Of a DNA stretch of 32,000 nt, positions 23,240-32,000 are shown piece by piece. The stretch's first letter is position 1, and the number at the start of each line of letters is the position of its first letter. Source of the stretch: Vibrio alginolyticus NBRC 15630 = ATCC 17749 (GTDB taxonomy: Bacteria > Pseudomonadota > Gammaproteobacteria > Enterobacterales > Vibrionaceae); the NCBI RefSeq assembly GCF_000354175.2, contig NC_022359.1:720001-752000 (forward strand). The letters are read 5' to 3'. The notes under the pieces were generated by a model, which saw nothing but the letters and a program-made list of their open reading frames with translations, had not been told where the DNA came from and ran no database searches. The position numbers and the translations under genes were made by a program.

Positions 23240-25648
23240 ATGGCTCACTTCGAACTTAACGGGCAGTGGATGCTTACCTCGCCACAGCGTCCCAATCTTG
23301 AAATTCCAATGTTTATTCCGGGCGATAATGTGTCGGCGCTTTTACAAGCAGAGCAGATTCCAGATCCTTATTTTGCCGATAATGAAAACAAAGTTCGATG
23401 GATTGAAGAGTGTGAGTGGCATATCTCACGTGAGTTTGACGTCGACGCGTTTACGTTGTCTGCCAAGCAAATTTGGATGACGCTAACTCGTGTCGATACC
23501 TTGGCAACCTTCTATGTTAATGGTGAGTTAGCACTAACTTGCAGCAACATGTTTACCCAGCAACGTGTGGATATTAAACCGCATTTAAAGCAAGGTACTA
23601 ACACGATTCGGGTTGAGTTTGCTCGGGTGGATTTAGAAGGTATCGCAAGAGCAAAAAAACTGCCATTTCCTATTCCATCGGCAATGGGCAACAACCAAAT
23701 TCCACACATGAACTTGATCCGCAAAACACAATGCCATTCCGGATGGGACTGGGGCATTTGCTTGATGGTATCGGGTATTTACGACCCCATTCAAATCGAC
23801 ATTGTGAATGAGCTTTGGCTCAAAGGCTTCTCGACAGAGCAGCAATGGCAAGCCGATGGGAGTGTGTTTCTTGATGTAGTAGTTGAAGTGGAAACGGACA
23901 GTCAACGCCATGAAATGATGGTTGAATTTAATGGTGAGCGTCAATGTATTCAAACAAAAGGAAGTGGTCACTATCATTGCCAGTTCCACATTTTGGAGCC
24001 TCAACGCTGGGGGCCATCGGGTTATGGCGAAGCGTATCTCTATCCCATTACCATTTATTGCAGAGAGCAAAAGTTAACGCACAACATTGGTTTGCGTCAG
24101 TTAACTCTAAATAATCAAGCTGATGAGCACGGCTCTGCAATGGAATTTATCGTCAATGGCGTACCGATTAATGCTAAAGGTGCCAACTGGATCCCTATTG
24201 ACGCAATGCCGGGGCGAGAGTGCGAAACACGTTATCGCAACCTTTTGCAAAGTGCGGTTGATGCCAACATGAACATGATTCGCGTATGGGGCGGTGGTCA
24301 GTACGAGACTGAAACCTTTTATAACCTTTGTGATGAACTTGGCTTGTTGGTGTGGCAAGACATGATGTTCGCCTGCTCGTTGTACCCATCAAACGACGAG
24401 TTTTTAAAAGAGGTAGAAGAAGAACTTAGATTCCAAATCCCGAGGCTCAAGGAGCACCCATCAATCGCACTTTGGTGTGGTGACAATGAAGTGATTGGAG
24501 CTATTGGTTGGTATGACGAATCTAAGCGCAGCAAAGTCAAATACACGGTAAACTACGATCGCCTCAACCGCATGATTGAGAAGGAGATTACCGAGCAAGA
24601 TAGCACTCGCCGTTTCTGGCCAAGTTCCCCATGTAATGGTGAACTGGATTTCGGTGATGCGTGGCATGATGATAGTAAAGGCGATATGCACTTTTGGGAC
24701 GTTTGGCATTCAGGAAAATCATTCAGTGCCTACGTTGACGTGAATCCTCGTTTTTGCTCTGAGTTTGGTTTTCAATCTTGGCCATCTTTTGCTGAAGTTA
24801 AGCGGTTTGTCCCTGAGCAAGACTGGAATATTACATCCCCAACTTTCGAACAACATCAGAAGAACCCTCGTGGTAATAGTATTATTACAGAGATGTTCAC
24901 GCGCTATTTTCGTTTTCCCTCTGGATTTGAGAACATGCTGTATTTAAGTCAAGTTCAGCAGGCAATCGCGATCAAAACTGCATGCGATCATTGGCGTGCC
25001 ATTTCTCCAGTTTGTCGCGGCATGCTGTACTGGCAACTCAACGACAATTGGCCTGTCAGTTCTTGGTCTAGTTTGGAATACAGTGGTAGATGGAAGCAGT
25101 TGCACTACCATGCAAAACGCTTTTTTGCGCCGCAGTATTTGGTATTTTCCGAGCATACAGGCGAGTTGAGCCTACATTTGCTCAATGATGCGAAAGAGTC
25201 CGCAAGCGTCAACGCATTGCTCAAGTGGTTAGATTGGCAAGGGGAAGAAAAGCAATGTTGGAGCTTAGAACAAACAGTCATAGCAGACAGCAATACGATT
25301 TTGTGGCAGTTGGATGAATTGATCGAGAAGGATGAACTTACGTCAGGCTTCTTCTATGTTGAAGCGCAAATCGGTGAAGACAGAATAAGCAACACATGGT
25401 TTAGTACTCACGAGCTAAAAACCTTGCCGATAGCGAAAGCCAATATAGATGTCTCTATTGAAGGGAGGCGAATTACATTGATTGCGGATAAGCCTGCGTT
25501 TTTTGTTCATTTGGAGAGTGATGCTGATGGAAGGTTCAGTGACTCCAGTTTTACTCTGTTGGCCAAGGTTCCAATGACGGTTGAGTATTTAGGTGATCAT
25601 GTTTCAGGTATGCAGCAGTCGTTGAGGGTATACCACCTTAATGATTAA
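23240..25648 (+). CDS. Glycoside hydrolase family 2 beta-mannosidase, cytoplasmic
   Basis: 802 aa from the ATG at 23240 (MAHFELNGQWML). It has GH2 mannosidase-like blocks IRVWGGGQYETETFYNLCDELGLLVWQDMMFACSLYP, WCGDNEV (acid/base NE) and FCSEFGFQSWPS (nucleophile E). There is no signal peptide. The ORF-track TTG start at 23102 adds 46 unlikely residues. Confidence 0.85.
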   Translation: MAHFELNGQWMLTSPQRPNLEIPMFIPGDNVSALLQAEQIPDPYFADNENKVRWIEECEWHISREFDVDAFTLSAKQIWMTLTRVDTLATFYVNGELALTCSNMFTQQRVDIKPHLKQGTNTIRVEFARVDLEGIARAKKLPFPIPSAMGNNQIPHMNLIRKTQCHSGWDWGICLMVSGIYDPIQIDIVNELWLKGFSTEQQWQADGSVFLDVVVEVETDSQRHEMMVEFNGERQCIQTKGSGHYHCQFHILEPQRWGPSGYGEAYLYPITIYCREQKLTHNIGLRQLTLNNQADEHGSAMEFIVNGVPINAKGANWIPIDAMPGRECETRYRNLLQSAVDANMNMIRVWGGGQYETETFYNLCDELGLLVWQDMMFACSLYPSNDEFLKEVEEELRFQIPRLKEHPSIALWCGDNEVIGAIGWYDESKRSKVKYTVNYDRLNRMIEKEITEQDSTRRFWPSSPCNGELDFGDAWHDDSKGDMHFWDVWHSGKSFSAYVDVNPRFCSEFGFQSWPSFAEVKRFVPEQDWNITSPTFEQHQKNPRGNSIITEMFTRYFRFPSGFENMLYLSQVQQAIAIKTACDHWRAISPVCRGMLYWQLNDNWPVSSWSSLEYSGRWKQLHYHAKRFFAPQYLVFSEHTGELSLHLLNDAKESASVNALLKWLDWQGEEKQCWSLEQTVIADSNTILWQLDELIEKDELTSGFFYVEAQIGEDRISNTWFSTHELKTLPIAKANIDVSIEGRRITLIADKPAFFVHLESDADGRFSDSSFTLLAKVPMTVEYLGDHVSGMQQSLRVYHLND

Positions 25649-25680
25649 AGCGGGCATAGAACATCTACATGCTGACAACT

Positions 25681-25707
25681 AAAAAGGGAGCGTTTGCTCC
25701 CTTTTTA
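25681..25707. terminator. Bidirectional rho-independent terminator
   Basis: AAAAA-GGGAGC (25686-25691), loop GTTT, GCTCCC (25696-25701), then TTTTT. It lies between the convergent mannosidase gene and the 84-aa membrane protein gene. Confidence 0.8.
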
Positions 25708-25749
25708 GTTACCAAGTATCCGTTATTAAGCTCAGGTTGAGACAGAAGA

Positions 25750-26004
25750 CTATTTAAGTTTCTGATGGACCCGATAGCTAACGACAAAGCCAATGTAGAA
25801 TAGTGCAGCAAGAGTAATCACTGCCGTCGCGTACGCCAGCAGGCTGTTTAACCCTAAACCAAAAGCCAAAGTGAAGGCGATACCATGAATGGCTTCCGCA
25901 GGGATTCGGTACCAAGCAGAGTGGACGGAAGATCCGAAGAGGATAAAGGTACTAAGTAAGACAATCGTGCCGCCTATAAAGCCGACCCATCTGCTGTTGT
26001 TCAT
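25750..26004 (-). CDS. Small integral membrane protein, unknown function
   Basis: 84 aa with three hydrophobic spans (VGFIGGTIVLLSTFILF, IHGIAFTLAFGLGLNSLLAY, AVITLAALFYIGFVV). It is bounded by a terminator and a promoter region. Confidence 0.55.
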   Translation of the reverse strand: MNNSRWVGFIGGTIVLLSTFILFGSSVHSAWYRIPAEAIHGIAFTLAFGLGLNSLLAYATAVITLAALFYIGFVVSYRVHQKLK

Positions 26005-26171
26005 GTTGCAGTCTCAGGGGTTACCGAGGTAACGTAACAAAATATTTCAGGATCGTATTATACAACCGATCATCGCGAAAAGCGCTAGAGAAATTTCGCG
26101 GATAAAACAGAGTGTTTTAATTCGAACAAAAGAATACGACCATAGCCAACTTAATACAGGAATAACAAAAC

Positions 26172-26531
26172 ATGTTGAGATTTATACAACGTCGTCGCAT
26201 TAAGAAAGTGATTAAACTAATGAGTACCAGATTGGTGGTGGGATACGGCAGTCGTGAGTATTTTTCGGTTGGTCAGGTAAAGACGAGCACCAGTGAGTTA
26301 AGCGCGTGCCAACAAAAAATTGCGTTGGCATTATATGCGGATCCGCAAGATCTTGATTTGGAAAATCAACCAGAGTTGCAAGCAATACGCTCAGACGTGG
26401 CGCATGATTTCTTTTCTGGTGCCGACTATACCGCTCAAGATGTGCTTAATTTACTCGGCTCTGGTGGCTGGAAAGGCGGCCGAATGGAAGATGGAATGTC
26501 TCATCATTTTGGTATGCACAGTCGCTATTAA
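26172..26531 (+). CDS. Hypothetical protein (basic N-terminus, Gly/His-rich C-terminus)
   Basis: 119-aa ORF with an AGGAA 11 nt upstream. An alternative start is M17 at 26220. I recognise no domain. Confidence 0.5.
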   Translation: MLRFIQRRRIKKVIKLMSTRLVVGYGSREYFSVGQVKTSTSELSACQQKIALALYADPQDLDLENQPELQAIRSDVAHDFFSGADYTAQDVLNLLGSGGWKGGRMEDGMSHHFGMHSRY

Positions 26532-26668
26532 AAACATGCGTTAATTTTATAAATTCGATAAATATTTTTGCTGTTAAAGATTAATTAAATTTTCTTTCAA
26601 TTGGGTAACAATTACCTAATTATGCACCCGAATCCCAGCGCGTCGCTGGACTGGTTGGATTGCATACC

Positions 26669-27703
26669 ATGAAATTAATCATCAAAGGATTGGGGCTGAG
26701 TGCTCTTGTGCTCAGCATGTTTGCTCATGCAGATAGCAAAACGTTGAACGTTTATGCATGGGGTGGCTATTTGCCGGAAGCATCGTTAAAAGCGTTTGAA
26801 AAACAAGAAGGCGTTACGATTAATTATTCGACCTTTGAGAATAATGAATCAATGTACACCAAGCTAAAATTGCTAAAAGGTTCTGGCTACGATGTGGTTT
26901 TTGCTTCTGCGTACTTCATTGAAAAAATGGGGCGAGAAGGGCTGCTTTCGAAAATAGATCACGCTCAAGTGCCAAACATGCAAGACACAATGGACGGTTT
27001 ACTTGGCCAAGCGCACGATCCTAAAAATGATTACTCGCTGCCTTATATTTGGGGCATTACCGGGATCAGCTACAACGAATCCATGGTTGAGCACCCAGTG
27101 ACCAAATGGGCAGACTTATGGGAGTCTCAATACGAACAACAAGTCATGCTGATTGATGACGTTCGCGATGTGTTCGGTATGGCGTTGAAGAAAAATGGTC
27201 ATAGCGTGAATACAAAAGACGAAGCTGAAATCGAGCAGGCTTTTGATTCTCTAGTAGCGCTGAAAAACAACGTATTACTGTATAACTCAGATGCGCCGCA
27301 AGTCCCTTACGTGTCCGGTGAAACATCGGTCGGCATGCAATGGAACGGCAACGCATTCCAAGGACAGGTTGAAATGCCTGAGCTGAAGTTCGTGATGCCG
27401 GAAGAGGGCGCGGTATTGTGGATGGACAACTTCACTATTCCGTCTGGCAGTAAAAACAAAGCATTGGCGCATAAATTTATTAACTTCATGTACCAATCAG
27501 AGAACCAAGCGGAAATCGTGACCAGTTTGGGTTATGCGTCGGCAACGAACGCTGGGCGTGACAAATTGCCAGAAGAGTTGAAAAATAACCGTACTATTTT
27601 CCCTTCATCAGAAGACATGAAAAAAGGCGAGTTTATTAATGATGTTGGCGCAGAAACGTTAGCGATTTACGAAAAGTACTGGCAACGTTTAAGAACGCAA
27701 TAA
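26669..27703 (+). CDS. PotD-like polyamine (spermidine/putrescine-type) periplasmic binding protein, orphan
   Basis: 344 aa from the ATG at 26669, with the signal peptide MKLIIKGLGLSALVLSMFAHA. It has a PotD-like N-terminus LNVYAWGGYLPE...FEKQEGVTINYSTFENNESMYTKLK and the later blocks PYIWGITGISYN and LWMDNFTIP. No potABC genes are adjacent. Confidence 0.8.
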   Translation: MKLIIKGLGLSALVLSMFAHADSKTLNVYAWGGYLPEASLKAFEKQEGVTINYSTFENNESMYTKLKLLKGSGYDVVFASAYFIEKMGREGLLSKIDHAQVPNMQDTMDGLLGQAHDPKNDYSLPYIWGITGISYNESMVEHPVTKWADLWESQYEQQVMLIDDVRDVFGMALKKNGHSVNTKDEAEIEQAFDSLVALKNNVLLYNSDAPQVPYVSGETSVGMQWNGNAFQGQVEMPELKFVMPEEGAVLWMDNFTIPSGSKNKALAHKFINFMYQSENQAEIVTSLGYASATNAGRDKLPEELKNNRTIFPSSEDMKKGEFINDVGAETLAIYEKYWQRLRTQ

Positions 27704-27746
27704 GCAACGCCTTTGCCTATTGTTAGGCTTAAAATCGTTCAAATTT

Positions 27747-27786
27747 GAATTCCCCTCATCACGAAAGCGGTGAGGGGAATTTTTTA
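27747..27786. terminator. Strong hairpin terminator between the convergent potD-like gene and tyrS
   Basis: Perfect 11-bp stem AATTCCCCTCA (27748-27758) / TGAGGGGAATT (27771-27781) with a 12-nt loop, followed by TTTTT. Confidence 0.8.
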
Positions 27787-27809
27787 TGGGCTTTGTACTG
27801 CGAGTGTTA

Positions 27810-29069
27810 CTACGCGGCACGCTTCACGAGGCAGAAGTGCTTTTTACCGCGTTGCAGTAACCAATATTGATCAAACAGTGGGAAGCTCAAACTTGGGTTA
27901 TCAGCCGACACTTTTTCACCGTTTACACTGATGGCGTTGTTGCTGATGTGTTCGCGTGCAACACGCTTCGAACTTGCTAAGCCCGACTCAATCAACAGCT
28001 CAACCAAATCTTGCTGTGCGCTCTCAATGCTTGGTAAACCATCCAACTCCAATTGTTTTAATTCACCCAAACTCAGCTGTTGCACATTACCGCTGAATAA
28101 AGCTTGAGTGATGCGCTCGGCACTGGCGAGGCCGTCTTCGCCATGAACAAATCGCGTCATTTCTTCAGCGAGAATACGTTGTGCTTGTGGCTTGCTTTGG
28201 CTTGCTTGGTCTTGCGCTTCAATGCTGGCAATTTCTTCGCAGCTCAAGAATGTGTAGTAACGCAAGAAGTGGTAAACGTCGGCGTCTTCTGCGCCAAGCC
28301 AGAACTGGTAGAACGCGTAAGGAGAGGTCTTGCTAGGATCTAGCCACACTGCGCCGCCTTCGGTTTTGCCAAATTTGGTGCCATCGGATTTGGTGATCAG
28401 CGGCAGAGTTAAGCCAAATACTTGCTCACCATTTTGACGGCGAGTTAAATCGATCCCGCTGACGATGTTTCCCCATTGGTCATTGCCACCGATTTGCAAA
28501 CGGCAACCGTATCGACGGTTTAGCTCGGCAAAATCGTACGATTGCAGTAGGGCGTAGCTAAATTCGGTGAAGGAGATACCTTGGTCAGGTCGTTGCAGGC
28601 GTTGTTTTACCGATTCTCGGTTGACCATAGTATTGATCGAGAAGTGCTTACCCACATCGCGAAAGAAGTCGATCACATTGATCGCTTTCATCCAGTCAGC
28701 ATTGTTCACCATGATCATCGGCTTGGTCAGTTGGTGGTTCATCAACTGCTGAATTTGATTAGAAAGATCGTTAACCCAGCCTGAGACGATTTCTTCTGAG
28801 TTCAGACTGCGCTCAGTCGCTTTAAAGCTTGGGTCGCCAATCATGCCCGTTGCACCGCCAATCAAGGCAACAGCTTGGTGTCCGGCATCTTGAAAGCGCT
28901 TAAGCATAATCAAAGGCACGAGGTGGCCGATATGTAAGCTGCCAGCTGTAGGATCGAAGCCGCAGTAAACGGTTTGTGGCTGTGAGAGAAGTGTCTGAAT
29001 TTCTTCCAAATCGCTGGCTTGTGCAATCAAGCCGCGATCTTGTAAATCTTGCAGTAATGGTGTCGTCAT
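27810..29069 (-). CDS. tyrS: Tyrosine--tRNA ligase
   Basis: 419 aa with the class I HIGH motif ([10 protein letters not shown]) and the KMSKS-equivalent KFGKT ([14 protein letters not shown]). It has a C-terminal S4-like domain ([10 protein letters not shown]). Confidence 0.95.
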   Translation of the reverse strand: MTTPLLQDLQDRGLIAQASDLEEIQTLLSQPQTVYCGFDPTAGSLHIGHLVPLIMLKRFQDAGHQAVALIGGATGMIGDPSFKATERSLNSEEIVSGWVNDLSNQIQQLMNHQLTKPMIMVNNADWMKAINVIDFFRDVGKHFSINTMVNRESVKQRLQRPDQGISFTEFSYALLQSYDFAELNRRYGCRLQIGGNDQWGNIVSGIDLTRRQNGEQVFGLTLPLITKSDGTKFGKTEGGAVWLDPSKTSPYAFYQFWLGAEDADVYHFLRYYTFLSCEEIASIEAQDQASQSKPQAQRILAEEMTRFVHGEDGLASAERITQALFSGNVQQLSLGELKQLELDGLPSIESAQQDLVELLIESGLASSKRVAREHISNNAISVNGEKVSADNPSLSFPLFDQYWLLQRGKKHFCLVKRAA

Positions 29070-29151
29070 TCTTTTTGTCTGTTTTAGTGGTTGTTACATT
29101 CAGACTAAAACGCGACACCTTTTCTCGATATATCCCTTAAGGGACAGTTTT

Positions 29152-30030
29152 TTATCTTGAATGGAGAATGAGGTGATTGAGGAAAAGCTGGAATAACTCA
29201 CTCAATGAAGACACATTTAATTGCGAGTAAATTCGCTTTCGATGATTTTTGACCGTGCCTTGAACTAAGTGTAACCGCGCGGCAATTTCTTTGGTGTCAA
29301 ACCCTTGAGCGAGAAGCGAAGCCACCTCTTGTTCGCGACGGGTGAGTGATTCTACGCCAAACGTTGCTAAAGCTTGCTCAATGGCTAATCGCATACTGCC
29401 AGAATAAGCACTCTGTGCAAAAACAGGCTCAGAAAAGGTAAATTCCGTTTGTTTCCAATGCTGCTGACAAAGCGACTGAATTATCGGGAAATAGGGCTTT
29501 AGCTTATTTATTTGTTGCTGAGAAAAGTATTTTCCATCAGTCATATATCCGAAGTACAGCATGACCCAACGGCCAGATTCAACTTCGACTAGCATGCTAA
29601 GCTCGTCTTTCCACCCTGTTTGATGATAGAACTGCTCGCAGTATGAGGTGAAGTCAACGCCTTTACGCGCCACGTCTTTGAGCGTAAATACGCCTTGTTG
29701 CTTTGTCTCGTTTAGTTTGAGAAAAAAAGGGTCATTTTGAAATGAGTCAGTAAGGTAGCGTTGAAAAAGTAACTCTCGCTCGTTCTCAATTGAGTCGTAG
29801 AGATAAATAGGGTGTTTACCTTCTCGGTAACCTAAAATAACTGCGCAATCAAAATGAAAAAGAGTGCGAATGACACGCATAAGTTTAGGAGTAAAGTTAG
29901 GCGTGTTAAGAGCAGAAATTGCTTCTGCTAGCAGATTATTAAAGTTATTGTCAGGCATGGGATACCGAATTGCAGGTGGTTTTGCGCAAGCATAACCAAA
30001 AGCAATCCAACGAGAAAGGGAAGTCGCCAT
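29152..30030 (-). CDS. LuxR/GerE-family transcriptional regulator (C-terminal HTH, uncharacterised N-terminal domain)
   Basis: The C-terminus LTRREQEVASLLAQGFDTKEIAARLHLVQGTVKNHRKRIYSQLNV is a LuxR-type HTH. The roughly 200-aa N-terminal domain is not recognised. The start is uncertain between 30030 and the ATG at 29958 (MPDNNFNNLL). Confidence 0.8.
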   Translation of the reverse strand: MATSLSRWIAFGYACAKPPAIRYPMPDNNFNNLLAEAISALNTPNFTPKLMRVIRTLFHFDCAVILGYREGKHPIYLYDSIENERELLFQRYLTDSFQNDPFFLKLNETKQQGVFTLKDVARKGVDFTSYCEQFYHQTGWKDELSMLVEVESGRWVMLYFGYMTDGKYFSQQQINKLKPYFPIIQSLCQQHWKQTEFTFSEPVFAQSAYSGSMRLAIEQALATFGVESLTRREQEVASLLAQGFDTKEIAARLHLVQGTVKNHRKRIYSQLNVSSLSELFQLFLNHLILHSR

Positions 30031-30151
30031 CTTCTGGTGACTTCCATAGAGAAAGTTGCGTAAGTGCTCAGTTTTGAGGAATCATAGCCCCGTTAACTTA
30101 TTGATAAGGGTGCATAACAACGGTTTTATTTAAGCAATTAGTTGCTATGCA

Positions 30152-30934
30152 TTACTGCGAGTTAGTGAGCTCTTCATTAACCCAATATTTAGAACCAGAC
30201 ACGTTAGCATCGATGAGCAAACCTTTAGCGTTCAGCTGATAGACGGCGACGCCGCTGTTAAATTGTTTTGAAAGTTGCTCTGAATCTTCGCCCGCAACAG
30301 CAGAGGCTTCACTTGTGGCCTCCCATCCTTCGTTGACGAACGTATCAAAGTCTTCTTTGCTCTCAAACAGAACCACTTGTTGGTAAAATTTGCCGCCAGC
30401 CCCAAGTGCAACGCCCAAACCAAACATATTCATATAAGTGCGTTCTTCTGTTTCCTTATTCACTGCGACTCCTGACCCTGAGTTGGTGTGAAACAGCAAA
30501 GATAATTTACGAGAATCAAAGACCGCGTAGCCGTACGCGTTGTCGTAAATAGCTTTTGCCTCCGGCTTTTCATTAAATAACTTGAGCAAAGCGCTATCTG
30601 CCATTAAGTCCACGGCTTGGCGAGCTTCTTCTGGCGTATCGCCTTCCATCAGCTCATCAATTTTTTTGTCGGCAGCATCTATCCATTCTTTGCTTTTCTC
30701 GATGCTGGCTTCTGTCCATTCGCCTGCGGTATTGATCGCTTCCTCGGACCAATTCGTGAAATCTTGCCACGCTTGTTTTGAAAACGCTTTGGTGTCGTCC
30801 CAAGCATCTTGGGCAGTATCAGAAACTGCGTCGCCAAGCTCAGACATTTTATTGGAAATTTCATCCCAATCGGCATAAGCAGGGGATGCCAGGAGCATCA
30901 ATGTAGTAAGGAGTGCGATAGGCTTTTTCATCAA
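30152..30934 (-). CDS. Periplasmic SYLF (Ysc84/DUF500-like) domain protein with an N-terminal Trp-periodic helical region
   Basis: 260 aa with the signal peptide MMKKPIALLTTLMLLASPAYA. The C-terminal half (YGYAVFDSRKL...GSGVAVNKE...FGLGVALGAGGKFYQQVVLFES...AVAGE...GVAVYQL...GSKYW) fits my memory of the SYLF pattern. The N-terminal 75 residues or so are acidic and helical. Confidence 0.65.
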   Translation of the reverse strand: MMKKPIALLTTLMLLASPAYADWDEISNKMSELGDAVSDTAQDAWDDTKAFSKQAWQDFTNWSEEAINTAGEWTEASIEKSKEWIDAADKKIDELMEGDTPEEARQAVDLMADSALLKLFNEKPEAKAIYDNAYGYAVFDSRKLSLLFHTNSGSGVAVNKETEERTYMNMFGLGVALGAGGKFYQQVVLFESKEDFDTFVNEGWEATSEASAVAGEDSEQLSKQFNSGVAVYQLNAKGLLIDANVSGSKYWVNEELTNSQ

Positions 30935-31054
30935 ATTCTCTCTGGAGTTATCGATATACCATTCATTTTAGGTCATCAGACTTTGATAATGAAATTGACT
31001 AAATGACGAACTTGAGAGAGGAATCACGAACTGATTGTGAAATGACGTGTGAAT

Positions 31055-31085
31055 AACAAAGCCCTCACAAGGGGAGTGTGAGGGC
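31055..31085 (-). terminator. Rho-independent terminator of ppsA
   Basis: Stem GCCCTCACA (31061-31069) / TGTGAGGGC (31077-31085) with a 7-nt loop. On the minus strand it is followed by TTTGTT. It lies 17 nt after the stop. Confidence 0.7.
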
Positions 31086-31101
31086 TAGAGTTTATCGTGT
31101 G

Positions 31102-32000
31102 TTACTTGCTGCTAACTTTACCGAGTTTTAACCAAGTATCGATAACCGTATCTGGGTTTAGTGATACAGAGCTAATACCTTGATCCATTAGCCATTCCGC
31201 TAGGTCGTCGTGGTCTGATGGGCCTTGACCACAAATACCAACGTATTTGCCTGCTTTTGTTGCCGCATCAATCGCCATCTGAAGCATCACCTTAACCGCT
31301 GGGTTGCGCTCATCAAATAGATGTGCGACATCGCCAGAGTCACGGTCAAGACCAAGCGTTAGCTGAGTCATGTCGTTTGAGCCAATCGAGAAGCCATCAA
31401 AGTACTTCAAGAACTCATCGGCAAGGACCGCGTTGGATGGCAGTTCGCACATCATGATGACTTTAAGACCCTGATCGCCACGGCGCAGATCAAACTTCGC
31501 TAGCAAATCAATCACTGATGCTGCTTCGCTTGGTGTACGCACAAATGGGATCATGATTTCAACGTTTTTCAGACCCATTTCGTTACGAACGCGTTTGATT
31601 GCTTGAGTTTCTAGCTCGAAGCAGTCTTCAAACACTGGAGAAATGTAACGAGACGCGCCACGGAAGCCCAGCATTGGGTTTTCTTCATGCGGTTCGTAGG
31701 CTTTACCGCCAACCAAGTTGCTGTATTCGTTAGACTTAAAGTCAGACATACGAACAATAACGCGTTTCGGCCAAAATGCCGCAGCAATGGTTGCGATACC
31801 TTCTGTCAGTTTGCTTACGTAGAAATCGATAGGATCTTTGTAACCACGAATACGCTGAGTGATTTCTGCTTTTAGCTCATCGCTTTGTGCATCAAAGTTA
31901 AGTAATGCTTTCGGGTGGATACCAATCATCTTATTGATGATGAATTCAAGACGAGCAAGACCAACACCTTCATTTGGAATTTGTGCGAAGTCAAACGCGC
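31102..32000 (-). CDS. ppsA: Phosphoenolpyruvate synthase, C-terminal part (5' end beyond window)
   Basis: The frame stays open to nt 32000: [30 protein letters not shown] precedes the ORF-track Met. It has PEP-utilising TIM-barrel motifs [20 protein letters not shown] and [11 protein letters not shown]. Confidence 0.9.
   Translation of the reverse strand, partial: AFDFAQIPNEGVGLARLEFIINKMIGIHPKALLNFDAQSDELKAEITQRIRGYKDPIDFYVSKLTEGIATIAAAFWPKRVIVRMSDFKSNEYSNLVGGKAYEPHEENPMLGFRGASRYISPVFEDCFELETQAIKRVRNEMGLKNVEIMIPFVRTPSEAASVIDLLAKFDLRRGDQGLKVIMMCELPSNAVLADEFLKYFDGFSIGSNDMTQLTLGLDRDSGDVAHLFDERNPAVKVMLQMAIDAATKAGKYVGICGQGPSDHDDLAEWLMDQGISSVSLNPDTVIDTWLKLGKVSSK

Noticed and set aside
26320-26544. 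A 74-aa ORF overlapping the 119-aa gene in another frame.
   Set aside because: It lies entirely within 26172-26531, has no independent SD, and its translation looks random. The longer ORF is preferred, though it is itself only moderately supported.
1-32000. A scan for CRISPR arrays, tRNA/rRNA genes, IS elements, integrases, integron attC-like repeats and long tandem repeats.
   Set aside because: By eye I found no regularly spaced direct repeats, cloverleaf-like segments, transposase or integrase ORFs, or terminal inverted repeats. The only repeats seen are the short regulatory-scale ones reported above. A tool-based scan (tRNAscan, Infernal, ISfinder) would be needed for certainty.

Overview
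This window is chromosomal DNA with a gammaproteobacterial, Vibrionaceae-like gene set. That assignment is my inference from the protein families and from G+C spot counts of about 45%; it is not verified. I support about 24 protein-coding genes and one frameshifted gene. I found no rRNA, tRNA, CRISPR array, transposase or integrase.

Layout, left to right:
- 1-2646: an ASCH protein (cut by the window edge), a SAM methyltransferase and a two-HKD phospholipase D lipoprotein.
- 2650-3164: a 515-nt control region rich in palindromes, followed by an adaptor (MFP) plus RND efflux pair on the + strand. The RND gene is broken by a 1-nt frameshift in a T6 run.
- 7818-8084: a small secreted 88-aa protein.
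- About 8205-9770: a clearly AT-rich islet with one orphan 287-aa protein of no recognisable family and about 430 nt of non-coding DNA.
- 9827-14896: an intact paralogous tetR-MFP-RND operon on the - strand, convergent with the first pump.
- 15089-20358: a tightly packed six-gene operon (binding protein, cytoplasmic alkaline-phosphatase-superfamily enzyme, two permeases, ATPase, HAD phosphatase), with a divergent GntR/UTRA regulator at 20560-21288.
- 21351-25648: a BCCT transporter divergent from a cytoplasmic GH2 beta-mannosidase.
- 25750-32000: two small unknown proteins, an orphan PotD-like binding protein, tyrS, a LuxR-type regulator, a periplasmic SYLF-domain protein and the 3' part of ppsA.

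The best candidates for something undescribed:
- the AT-rich islet between the two pumps, including an unassigned minus-strand terminator;
- the ABC importer with embedded phosphodiesterase-like and phosphatase genes, for which no characterised pathway is evident to me;
- the sigma54-type promoter with an upstream 16-bp perfect palindrome in front of an efflux operon.

None of these can be confirmed from sequence alone.
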